From the NCBI GenBank assembly GCA_963667255.1, contig OY762940.1, positions 224,001 through 288,000 on the forward strand: a DNA stretch of 64,000 nt. Reading direction: 5' to 3'. Each line of letters starts with the position of its first letter. The first letter of the stretch is position 1. This DNA is from Candidatus Cloacimonadota bacterium (GTDB taxonomy: Bacteria > Cloacimonadota > Cloacimonadia > G963667145). Both the position numbers and the translations under genes were made by a program. The notes under the pieces were generated by a model. It did not search any database. It worked only from the letters and a program-made list of their open reading frames with translations, and was not told the origin of the DNA. Below, in pieces: positions 10,469 to 19,235 of the stretch.

Positions 10469-10534
10469 CAAATCATTTGACATTTCTTTCTCTTTTAGCG
10501 AAAAAAAATTAATTCAACTTTATTCGGAGGGAAA

Positions 10535-11740
10535 ATGGCAACGAACGAATTAGTAATCAAAAACGCCGTCACCAAGAACAGCGATAACAAGCCGGTGGAT
10601 ATCAGCATCAATGATGGAATAATCACAGAAATTTCCGAAAACCTCTCGGGGAAAAGCGAGATTGACGCTCAAAACAATCTTGTCACCGAATCTTTTATCA
10701 ACGGACATTTGCACCTCTGTAAAGTTTACACCCTGAAAATGATGAACTCGAACGCCCTCAATGCGTATACTCAAAACAATATGTCCGGAGCGATGACCTC
10801 CATCGAACTGGCTTCCGAGATAAAAAAGCAATACAACGCCGAATGGATACTGCCCAATGTGAGAAAAGCGTTAGATTTGGCTGTCAACTATGGCAATCTG
10901 CATATTAGAGCGTTCGTGGACACGGACACCAAAGCAAAATTGGAGGGAATGAAAGCGGTTTTGCAAGCTAAGCAAGAGTATAAGGATAAACTCAATCTGC
11001 AAGTGGTGGCGTTCCCGCAAGACGGAGTAGTCCGCGACCCGGGTGCTTATCAGATAGTGGAAGAAGGCTTGAAAATGGGAGCCGATGTAGTCGGAGGAAT
11101 CCCGTGGATAGAGTACACAATCGACGATTGCAAAAAACATATCGACCTGATGTTTGAATTGGCATTGAACTACAACAAAGACATCTCCATGCTGGTGGAC
11201 GATGCAGGCGACAACGAACTGCGAACTTTGGAATATTTGGCAATCAAGACGATAGAACACGGCTGGCAAGGCAGAGTAACGGCTCAACACGCTAGAGCGG
11301 TAGCCACTTATCCGCAAATTTACTTCGAGAAATTGACTCATCTGCTCAAAGAAGCAAAAATTGGAATCATCAGTGACCCTCAAACAGGACCATTGCATTG
11401 CAGAGTGATGGACATATACAATGCGGGAATAAATATCGGCTTGGGTCAAGACGACATCTGCGATGCCTACTATCCTTTCGGAAGAAACAATATGCCTGAA
11501 GTAGCTTTCCTCTCCGCACATCTGATGGAGAGAAAATCGCCAGAAGATATGGAAATACTCTACGAACTAATCACCACCAAAGCTGCCAAAGCTCTCGGCA
11601 TAGATAATCACGAACTAAAAATTGGAAATCCAGCCAACTTGGTAATTTTGGATGCAAAAAACATATGGGAATCACTCTGGACACACTCACTTCCCAAGTG
11701 CGTAATAAGTAACGGGAAAATCATAGCCGAAAAAAAATAA
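10535..11740 (+). CDS. Cytosine/creatinine deaminase-like amidohydrolase
   Basis: NGHLHL, QVVAFPQDG, DVVGGIP, LGQDD..D.YYPFG, IGNPANLV; GGAGG RBS. Confidence 0.85.
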   Translation: MATNELVIKNAVTKNSDNKPVDISINDGIITEISENLSGKSEIDAQNNLVTESFINGHLHLCKVYTLKMMNSNALNAYTQNNMSGAMTSIELASEIKKQYNAEWILPNVRKALDLAVNYGNLHIRAFVDTDTKAKLEGMKAVLQAKQEYKDKLNLQVVAFPQDGVVRDPGAYQIVEEGLKMGADVVGGIPWIEYTIDDCKKHIDLMFELALNYNKDISMLVDDAGDNELRTLEYLAIKTIEHGWQGRVTAQHARAVATYPQIYFEKLTHLLKEAKIGIISDPQTGPLHCRVMDIYNAGINIGLGQDDICDAYYPFGRNNMPEVAFLSAHLMERKSPEDMEILYELITTKAAKALGIDNHELKIGNPANLVILDAKNIWESLWTHSLPKCVISNGKIIAEKK

Positions 11741-11741
11741 A

Positions 11742-12545
11742 TCAACGAAAATAAAAGTCCGTTCGTCTGTCCTGAAAGATGTCGTTGTTCTTGTTGAGTT
11801 GGGAGGTTACTTTGGTCATATCCACACAGACCTGCAAAATATTCTCCTCATTCTCAGATAGCTGACCCAGTCGCTCTCCCAAGTGGTTTACCACTTGCGA
11901 ACCACCTGTGAAATGATAAGCATATTCCCCGTTCTGCTCATCCCCAACACGATTAGCTGTAACGCTGACACACCGATTTTCCAAACTTCTGGTTATCATC
12001 GCCTGCTGACACCACGGCATCACTAAGTTAGCAGATTGACAAAGTATCTTCGCACCCTTTAGAGCAAGCGTTCTGGCGACTTCCGGAAAATACCAATCGA
12101 AGCAAATCATCAACCCAATCTTAACTCCATATTTGCCTTCCACGACACAAAATCCACTCTCGCTCTTGTCGAACCAAAGTTTTTCCGCTCCGAAAAGATG
12201 CATTTTCCGATAAATCGTGCTACTCCCATCGGGATTTACAAATTTGGAAGAGTTGTAGACTTTATCTCCCTCTCGCTCTGCAAAACCGTAAAAAATGGAA
12301 GCGTCCAGTTCCAAAGATAGCTTACTGAAAAATTCCGCACTTCTCCCAGTTTCGCCATCTTCCGCCACTGAATACAATTCATCTTTCTTCGCAAAAGCGT
12401 ATCCGCAAGTCGCCAACTCCGGCAAAACCAACAAGTCAACATCCAAACTGGAACACATCTCGCCAATTTTGGACAAATTCCGCTCAATCGACAAAAAGTC
12501 AGGTGCAAACTGAAGAACTGCAATTTTAAAATTTTCCAACTTCAT
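11742..12545 (-). CDS. Carbon-nitrogen hydrolase (nitrilase superfamily)
   Basis: LVLPEL, YRKMHLF and MICFDWYFPE supply the E-K-C triad. Start 12545 chosen to avoid overlap with pdp. Confidence 0.9.
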   Translation of the reverse strand: MKLENFKIAVLQFAPDFLSIERNLSKIGEMCSSLDVDLLVLPELATCGYAFAKKDELYSVAEDGETGRSAEFFSKLSLELDASIFYGFAEREGDKVYNSSKFVNPDGSSTIYRKMHLFGAEKLWFDKSESGFCVVEGKYGVKIGLMICFDWYFPEVARTLALKGAKILCQSANLVMPWCQQAMITRSLENRCVSVTANRVGDEQNGEYAYHFTGGSQVVNHLGERLGQLSENEENILQVCVDMTKVTSQLNKNNDIFQDRRTDFYFR

Positions 12546-12552
12546 CTCTCTA

Positions 12553-13848
12553 CTACTCGATATCAAGTATCAACTTTTCTTTGGGAACACTCTTGTCGCC
12601 CACATCTATCGCCTCGACAATCTTCCGTGCAACCTCAACCCCTAACTGCTCATCTCGACAATAAACAACTCCCAAATTTTGCTTTTCGCTTACTTCATCG
12701 CCGATTTTCACCAAAATTTTCGCACCCGTTCCATAATCCAATTTGTCAGTAAGTTCTCGGCGACCTGCACCCAACTCTATCAGAGCGTAGCCGATGGCTT
12801 GGGAATTTATCCCTTGCACATATCCGCTCCTATCAGCCACTATCGGCACTTCCACTTCCGCTTGAGGCAACAAATCCGTATTCTCCGTAACTCTGGCATC
12901 TCCACCCTGCAACTCTATAAATCTGCCCAAACACTTCAACGCACTCCCGTCAGCAATCACCCGTTCCACCATTTTCCCAGCTTCCGCTTCATCTCTCGCC
13001 AAATCGCTCAACATCAGCATTTGCACAGCCAACGCCTTATTAATCACATGCAAATCGGGATAAGACTTCCCTTGCAAATACTCGATACATTCCTTGATTT
13101 CCAAGCCATTGCCGATATAAGCACCAATCGGATTATTCATACAAGTGTAAACGATTCGCACCTTCTGCCCGAACGCTTCACCGACTTTTTTCAATCGCCT
13201 GCCAAGCTCTTTGGCATCAGGTAAGGTCTTCATAAAAGCACCCGTGCCGACCTTCAAATCGATTACCAAATTTTTCGCCCCTTCGGCAATTTTTTTGCTC
13301 ATAATGCTGGCGGTAATAAGCGGGAAAGACTCAACTGTGCCGGTCACATCCCGCAAAGCATATATCTTCTTGTCAGCGGGGACCATCTGTTTGGACTGAC
13401 TCGCTATGGAAAAACCGCAATCACCGATTATCCGTCGGAAACTCTCCTCATCCAAATCTGTGCTAAAATTCGGGATAGCCTCCAATTTGTCCAGAGTGCC
13501 GCCCGTGTGTCCAAGACCTCTTCCGGAAAACATCGGAATCTTGCCACCGCACGCAGCCACTATCGGAGCAAGCACTATGGAAACTTTGTCGCCGACTCCA
13601 CCCGTAGAGTGCTTGTCCACCGTATTTGCATCAAAAGACAAATTCACGCCGGAATCGATGTAACACTTGGTCAAAAAATAGGTCTCCTCGTCGTCCATAC
13701 CCGCAAAAAATATCGCCATCAAGAAAGCCGACATCTGATAATCGGGGACTTTCTCGGCAACATAACCGTTTACCATCGCCTTGATTTCCGCTTCGGTCAA
13801 TTTTCCGCCGGAACGCTTTTTAATAATTATCTCTACAGGATTTTCCAT
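12553..13848 (-). CDS. pdp: Pyrimidine-nucleoside/thymidine phosphorylase
   Basis: DKHSTGGVGDK, SGRGLGHTGGTLDKLE, SIMSKKIAEG. Confidence 0.95.
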   Translation of the reverse strand: MENPVEIIIKKRSGGKLTEAEIKAMVNGYVAEKVPDYQMSAFLMAIFFAGMDDEETYFLTKCYIDSGVNLSFDANTVDKHSTGGVGDKVSIVLAPIVAACGGKIPMFSGRGLGHTGGTLDKLEAIPNFSTDLDEESFRRIIGDCGFSIASQSKQMVPADKKIYALRDVTGTVESFPLITASIMSKKIAEGAKNLVIDLKVGTGAFMKTLPDAKELGRRLKKVGEAFGQKVRIVYTCMNNPIGAYIGNGLEIKECIEYLQGKSYPDLHVINKALAVQMLMLSDLARDEAEAGKMVERVIADGSALKCLGRFIELQGGDARVTENTDLLPQAEVEVPIVADRSGYVQGINSQAIGYALIELGAGRRELTDKLDYGTGAKILVKIGDEVSEKQNLGVVYCRDEQLGVEVARKIVEAIDVGDKSVPKEKLILDIE

Positions 13849-13861
13849 CGTCTTCCCTCCG

Positions 13862-14305
13862 TTATTTTTCCAACCAAATCGTGCAAGGTCCGTCGTTCAA
13901 GAGTTCCACCTCCATCATCGCTCCGAACTTGCCGTATTCCACAGGCAAATATTCACTCAACTTTTTGCCAAACTCCAAATAAATCTTTTCCGCTTCCTCG
14001 GGAGGAGCAGCCTCGGAGAACCCGGGTCTATTACCTCTTTGGCAATCCGCATACAGCGTGAACTGCGACACCAGCAAAACCGAGCCGCCCACATCGGAAA
14101 CGCTCAGGTTGATTTTGCCGTTATCATCTTCAAAAATCCGCATATTCACTATCTTGCGTATCAGCCAATCCATTTTGGCTTCGCTGTCCACCAAATCTTC
14201 GCGACCTACTCCCAAAAACAACAGCAGACCCTTGTCAATCTCGCCAACGGTTCGTCCCTCTACACCTACTCCGGCAAACTTCACTCTCTGTATCAACACT
14301 CGCAT
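13862..14305 (-). CDS. dtd: D-aminoacyl-tRNA deacylase
   Basis: MRVLIQRV, VSQFTL, NDGP motifs. Confidence 0.95.
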   Translation of the reverse strand: MRVLIQRVKFAGVGVEGRTVGEIDKGLLLFLGVGREDLVDSEAKMDWLIRKIVNMRIFEDDNGKINLSVSDVGGSVLLVSQFTLYADCQRGNRPGFSEAAPPEEAEKIYLEFGKKLSEYLPVEYGKFGAMMEVELLNDGPCTIWLEK

Positions 14306-14466
14306 TTATCGACCTCGAACAACATTTATTTCACTCCCAATTACCCAAGCCATATCGCAAATTGGCAAGAATTTTCTCTCTAAAACAGTTTTTACTTGCA
14401 AACTTTCCCACTACTCCAAAACATTGCAAAGCTCCATGAGCACAATTAGAAATAGGAATTGGTGCT

Positions 14467-16620
14467 ATGAAAAAAACTTTCTCCATCATAATTGCCCTGA
14501 CTCTCAGTTCGTTGCTCTTCGCCTCTGTGGACAGGCAAATCAATCTGCAAGATTTGAGCCACTATGTCACCCATTTGGTGATGCAAGTAGGTGTCATCAT
14601 TATCTGTGCCAAACTCTCCGGCTCATTATTCGAAAAATTCGGCTTACCCTCCGTCTTGGGAGAGATATTTTGCGGAATAATCATCGGACCCTATTTGCTC
14701 GGCAGCCTCGCTCTTCCCGGATTTGCACACGGACTTTTCCCAAAATTCTTAAACTCCAACATTCACATCACTCCCGAACTTTACGGATTTGCCACCATCG
14801 CCTCAATCATTCTCCTCTTCATCGCCGGACTGAAAACCGACTTGGACTTGCTACTTCGCTACTTTTCAAGCGGATTCATTGTCGGTCTCGGAGGCGTGAT
14901 AATCTCCTTCTTTGCAGGAAATTTCTTGGCTCAATTCATTTTTGACATCAACTTTTGGCATCCGTCATCGCTATTTTTGGGAACTATGACCACGGCAACA
15001 TCAGTCGGCATCACTGCCAGAATCTTGTCCGACAAGAAAAAAATGCACTCCGCAGAAGGTGTGAGCATCCTCTCGGCAGCGGTTATTGACGACATCTTGG
15101 CGATTATCCTCTTGGCAATCGTCGTGGGAATAGTGGAGAGCGACCAACATCCCGACACCTCTTTCATCTTGATGATAGCTTTCAAAACCATCGGCATCTG
15201 GGCAATCTTTACCGGAGCAGGTCTCATCTTCGCTCACAAAATTTCCCAATTCCTCAAGCATTTCCACTCGCCGTATGTCTTCAGCATCATCGCTCTCAGC
15301 ATCGCCTTTATGATAGCGGGGATTTTCGAGAAAACTGGATTGGCAATGATTATCGGTGCGTATGTAGCAGGTCTCAGCCTCTCCAAAACCGACATCGCCT
15401 ATGTCCTCTTGGAATCGCTGGAACCACTCGAACTCTTCTTTGTCCCGATTTTTTTCACTGTGATGGGGATGATGGTTGACATCACTATTTTCACTCAATC
15501 CACTTTCCTCATCTTCGGACTGGTTTACTCTCTCGTCGCCATTTTGGCAAAAGTCATCGGCTGCGGAGCGTTCTCCTACTTGGCAGGATTCAACTCTGTC
15601 GGCTCTATCAGAATAGGACTCGGCATGGCTCCACGCGGAGAAGTTATCTTGATAATGGCAGGTTTCGGTTTAGCCGGCGACATCATTGACGAGCAAATCT
15701 TTTCCGCTGCCATCATGCTTGTGCTCCTCTCCACGATTTTTTCTCCCTTGTTTTTGGACAAAGCTTTGAAAATCAAAAAGCAAGGCACCAAGGTGGAAAA
15801 GCCCAGCAAGCAACAGCAAAACACCATTAACTACAAAATCGCCAATTCCCAAACTCGCAGACTAATTTTGAACTATATTTTGGAGACTTTTCAGGAAGAA
15901 GGGTTTTTCGTGAGCAAAACCAAAGGCGAGAATAACCTTTACCAAATCCGCAAAGACAAGCTGATGATAAGGTTAATCGAGTCGGACACCGAGCAAACAA
16001 TCAACATCTCCATCGAGCAAGAGCAAACCGTTTTCGCCCAAACTATCGTCTATGAGGCTCTGGTCAAAATCAACACCATTTTGGCGGAACTGAAGCACAT
16101 CACCAAGCCCAAAGATATCGGGAGCAAGCTGATTAACTTCGACGAAAAGCAACAAAACAGCAAAGAGGAAATCAAGCAACTTACGGAGCTTTTTCGACCG
16201 GATAATATTATCTTGGAACTGCAAGCCGAGAAGAAAATCGATGCCATCAGAGAGCTTCTTGACCTTATCTGCTCTCATCATCAGAAGATAGATGCGGAGA
16301 AAGTTTTGGACGATGTTTTGCTCCGAGAAAAAGCCCTATCAACCGCTATCGGCAATTTTGTCGCCCTGCCTCATGCCAAAACTTGCGGAACGGAAAGTAG
16401 TCACATCGCTATCGGGATTTGCCATGACGGGATTAACTTCGAGTCGTTAGACGGGAAACCAACCAAAATCATCATCCTCTTCATCTCCCCAAATAACGCC
16501 TACAAACCACACCTAAAAATCGTAGCCGAACTCTCCAAGATACTGGGAAATAAAGAGAACATCGAGGCTATTCTCAGTGCAAAATCGAAAGAAGAGGTTT
16601 ATCGGATTTTTAATAGGTAG
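14467..16620 (+). CDS. CPA2 cation:proton antiporter fused to a C-terminal PTS EIIA domain
   Basis: About 12 TM segments with TSVGIT, AAVIDD, PRGEV; C-terminal REKALSTAIGNFVALPHA EIIA motif. Confidence 0.88.
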   Translation: MKKTFSIIIALTLSSLLFASVDRQINLQDLSHYVTHLVMQVGVIIICAKLSGSLFEKFGLPSVLGEIFCGIIIGPYLLGSLALPGFAHGLFPKFLNSNIHITPELYGFATIASIILLFIAGLKTDLDLLLRYFSSGFIVGLGGVIISFFAGNFLAQFIFDINFWHPSSLFLGTMTTATSVGITARILSDKKKMHSAEGVSILSAAVIDDILAIILLAIVVGIVESDQHPDTSFILMIAFKTIGIWAIFTGAGLIFAHKISQFLKHFHSPYVFSIIALSIAFMIAGIFEKTGLAMIIGAYVAGLSLSKTDIAYVLLESLEPLELFFVPIFFTVMGMMVDITIFTQSTFLIFGLVYSLVAILAKVIGCGAFSYLAGFNSVGSIRIGLGMAPRGEVILIMAGFGLAGDIIDEQIFSAAIMLVLLSTIFSPLFLDKALKIKKQGTKVEKPSKQQQNTINYKIANSQTRRLILNYILETFQEEGFFVSKTKGENNLYQIRKDKLMIRLIESDTEQTINISIEQEQTVFAQTIVYEALVKINTILAELKHITKPKDIGSKLINFDEKQQNSKEEIKQLTELFRPDNIILELQAEKKIDAIRELLDLICSHHQKIDAEKVLDDVLLREKALSTAIGNFVALPHAKTCGTESSHIAIGICHDGINFESLDGKPTKIIILFISPNNAYKPHLKIVAELSKILGNKENIEAILSAKSKEEVYRIFNR

Positions 16621-16639
16621 AGAAATTTACCTCTTCCTA

Positions 16640-16830
16640 TATGCCCGTAAAATGGGTATCCATTCTTTATTCGTTCTTGCTTTATATGTTCTTTCCCTTT
16701 GCTTAGAGGTGACAAAAAGTTCGGCAAGCTGATTTTGGTTCATCCAAATATTGTCAGTTTTGGTATATTAGGCAACCGATGCTTTGCCGTCAGCAGTTTT
16801 ATAGATGATGATGTTTTTTTTAGTATTCAT
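16640..16830 (-). pseudogene. RhuM-family protein N-terminal remnant with an internal stop
   Basis: From ATG 16830: MNTKKNIIIYKTADGKASVA*YTKTDNIWMNQNQLAELFVTSKQ, resembling the RhuM N-terminus (IIIY...IW.NQ.QLAELF); similarity is lost afterwards and the end coordinate is approximate. Confidence 0.6.
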
Positions 16831-16849
16831 TTGTTATCTGTTTACTTTT

Positions 16850-16923
16850 TGCTAATGTTGCAAATAACTGGTGCAAATGGAGCGTAGCGAAATTTGCATC
16901 CGAGTTAATTTGTCCTGTTAGCT
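16850..16923 (-). mobile_element. Integron attC-like recombination site
   Basis: Minus strand AGCTAAC-AGGA-CAAATTAACT-CGGATGCAAAT-TTCGCTACGCTCC-ATTTGCACC-AGTTATTTG-CAAC-ATTAGCA: R'' ...AAC, unpaired spacer, L boxes with extrahelical bases, R' ATTAGCA (G>A versus GTTRRRY); 30 bp after a CDS stop. Confidence 0.75.
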
Positions 16924-16953
16924 TTCTTTACGATTGCTATACTTCAATTATTA

Positions 16954-17886
16954 CTATTCACCCATCATTATCTTTGCTAATTGCAAAGATGGCTCTGGGA
17001 ATTTATCATAATTAGGCATACTTCCATATGGATTTATGTCTATTATAATTTCCGTGCCATTCTCATCTAATAAAAAGTCAAAACATAAAAAATTTAGCCT
17101 GAACTTTTTCATCAGTTGCACAAGTCCAGACATTGTTTTTCTGGTACATTTGTAATTTGTAGATAAATATTGGGCTGGACTTTTATCAAAATCATTAATC
17201 TTATCCCTAATGTACACAAAAAGTAATCCTCCGATAATATATCCACGATATTCATTAATTGCCTGTATTTCTTGTTGTAAAAAAGCGACTTTAATATAGG
17301 ATAAATATTTCTCTATACTTTGTACATCAAAAGAGGATGCTGGAAATATTACAGCTATATCTCCATCATCTTCTTCAATTCTAAAATAATTTTTGATATT
17401 TGGTCGCAGGAAATCATTGTTTAGAGAAACGAAACAATTGCCGAGCGCTTTGATCGCCTTTCTCCCATCTAATGGTAAGACGCCCCCTTTTTTTATGATG
17501 AGGTATTCAGCAATATTAACACCTACTGCAAGTGCTTGACTTAACGAAAATGCCCTATTTCTGAGCATCCATGTAGATGCCAAATGATTTATGGAAACTT
17601 CGTCAAATATCAATGACAAAGTTTTATAAAATTCTGTTTCTTCTCGAAGCTCAAACGTTTCTGAATGCGGTGGGATTAAATCATAAGGATATCTGATAAA
17701 AGAAGAACTAAAATCATTGATTATGTATGAAGTCTTTTTATTGCACATGTATAATGAATGAGTGTCTACAGCATTAACATCATCACAATTAATCACAGTA
17801 ATATTGTCTTTCCCAATATCTTTAAATGCCATCTCCAAATTTGACATGGATGTATATGGACATCCGATAATTATCAACCTATTCAT
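16954..17886 (-). CDS. ATP-grasp ligase, RimK/MvdC-MvdD (graspetide synthetase)-like
   Basis: AIKAL, FLQQEI...EYRGYIIG, LMKKFRLNFLCFDFLLDENG..IIDINPYG; AT-rich. Confidence 0.75.
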   Translation of the reverse strand: MNRLIIIGCPYTSMSNLEMAFKDIGKDNITVINCDDVNAVDTHSLYMCNKKTSYIINDFSSSFIRYPYDLIPPHSETFELREETEFYKTLSLIFDEVSINHLASTWMLRNRAFSLSQALAVGVNIAEYLIIKKGGVLPLDGRKAIKALGNCFVSLNNDFLRPNIKNYFRIEEDDGDIAVIFPASSFDVQSIEKYLSYIKVAFLQQEIQAINEYRGYIIGGLLFVYIRDKINDFDKSPAQYLSTNYKCTRKTMSGLVQLMKKFRLNFLCFDFLLDENGTEIIIDINPYGSMPNYDKFPEPSLQLAKIMMGE

Positions 17887-17925
17887 AATGTTTTATATGT
17901 GTGTTTATTCTCCATAAATTAAAAT

Positions 17926-17966
17926 AAGGGAACTGGCAACATCTACTAACCAGCTCCAGCTCCCTT
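17926..17966 (-). terminator. Stem-loop immediately 3' of the micro-ORF (terminator/attenuator or mRNA stabiliser)
   Basis: AAGGGAGCTGG...CCAGTTCCCTT, an 11-bp stem with one G-U pair, followed by ATTTTAATTT. Confidence 0.7.
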
Positions 17967-17973
17967 TATCAAA

Positions 17974-18000
17974 TCAGTCTTTCCAGATTTTACAGCACAT
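17974..18000 (-). CDS. Putative 8-residue RiPP precursor peptide MCCKIWKD
   Basis: TAAAGGAGGTAGAAAT-ATG TGC TGT AAA ATC TGG AAA GAC TGA: a perfect SD directly after the rSAM stop, lying between two peptide-modifying enzyme genes. Confidence 0.65.
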   Translation of the reverse strand: MCCKIWKD

Positions 18001-18016
18001 ATTTCTACCTCCTTTA

Positions 18017-18963
18017 TTAATCTTGATTATATATTGCTTTCTCAGCAATACAGTAACCTGTGCAAGATTTGTCTATTCGACTCTGACAAGTTTTGCACAG
18101 TGGGAGAGAGCATACTAAATATTTCAATCTTTCTATTTCCTTGTTATTAACTATAAATTCTTTTGCTTCAGAAAAAGAATTAAAGTCAGTTATTTTTTTA
18201 TCTGTTAAATTGTAAAAAGGACATGAGGCAATCGATAGGTCAGGATTAATGAGAAGATTTCCACATTCATTATATGATAATCCTTTTGAATGTAAATCGT
18301 AACTATTAATTTCTTCTGATGTAAAGAAACATTTCGGAAAAGGACAATCAAAAAGAACATTCAGCCCAATTGACTCAACTGCTCTTATATAAGATAAAAG
18401 CTGGGGTTTATGTGACTCAATTTCTTTTATTGATATATATTTGTTTTTTTTTCGATTGATGGTCGCGCAAGATCTAAACGAATTTCGCGAATATTGCTGT
18501 ACTTTTTGGCTATGCCAAGAATATTTTCAATACTTTGGTCGATTTTGTAAATTGTACAAGAAAGCAAAACATCAATTTTCAGATTTTCCAATGTTGCCAA
18601 ATTCTCTAAAATTAGATTTTTTTCTGTAATCGTATAAGTGTCGAATAATGTAATATTGGCACATATGTTCTGGATATTTTTAAAAGAAGATAAGATGTCT
18701 CTTTTAAATAATAAATTACTCAACATATTTATATGAAAATTCATATCATTTGCCAACTTTAACAAATGAATAAAATTCCTATGAATTGTCGGTTCCCCAC
18801 CTAATAAAGTTAAGGTGTTAATATTTTGAAACTTTAGCCATAGCAACAAGCTATTGAAATCTGGTATCGATATTTCAGCATCGCGAATTGTCATGCTTGT
18901 TTGAAAACAGAATTCACATGACCTATTGCACTTATTCGTAAGTAGAAGTTTAGGACTCATCAT
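18017..18963 (-). CDS. Radical SAM/SPASM-domain protein, frameshifted at an A9 tract (18444-18452)
   Basis: N-part: CNRSCEFC, LLGGEPT. Adding one A continues the frame ...EKKNKYISIKEI...DCPFPKC...ECGNLLINPDLSIASCPF...CSLPLCKTCQSRIDKSCTGYCIAEKAIYNQD* (SPASM-type Cys pattern). GAGGT SD precedes ATG 18963. Confidence 0.8.
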
Positions 18964-19235
18964 AAAATGATACCTCGAAGTCCAATTCATTTAACATAAC
19001 CCTCATCTTTTATCCTTGTTTATAGACTTGTATATGTTGCTCATATTGGCAATCTAAACTAAAAATCGACAAGTTTTTTCTCCAAAATATTACCGCTACC
19101 CTCTGCATAAACTCAATTATATTTATTTCTTCTTTCATCAAGTTTCTAACCTAAATAAGATTTGATTTTTTTCAGTCAAAGCATCTTTGTGTTCGCAGGA
19201 TTGCAGTTTTATAAATAATGGTGTTTTTTTAGTAT

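Noticed and set aside
16699..16887. 62-aa + strand ORF
   Set aside because: Antisense to the RhuM remnant and runs into the attC palindrome.
18964..18990. rSAM start at 18990 (MNWTSRYHF...) as given in the ORF track
   Set aside because: ATG 18963 has a GAGGT SD and puts CxxxCxxC about 12 residues from the N-terminus. The upstream start is not strictly excluded.
18989..18999. TTATGTTAAAT (minus), identical to a XerD arm of dif
   Set aside because: No XerC-like arm at 6-8 bp spacing; likely chance in AT-rich DNA.
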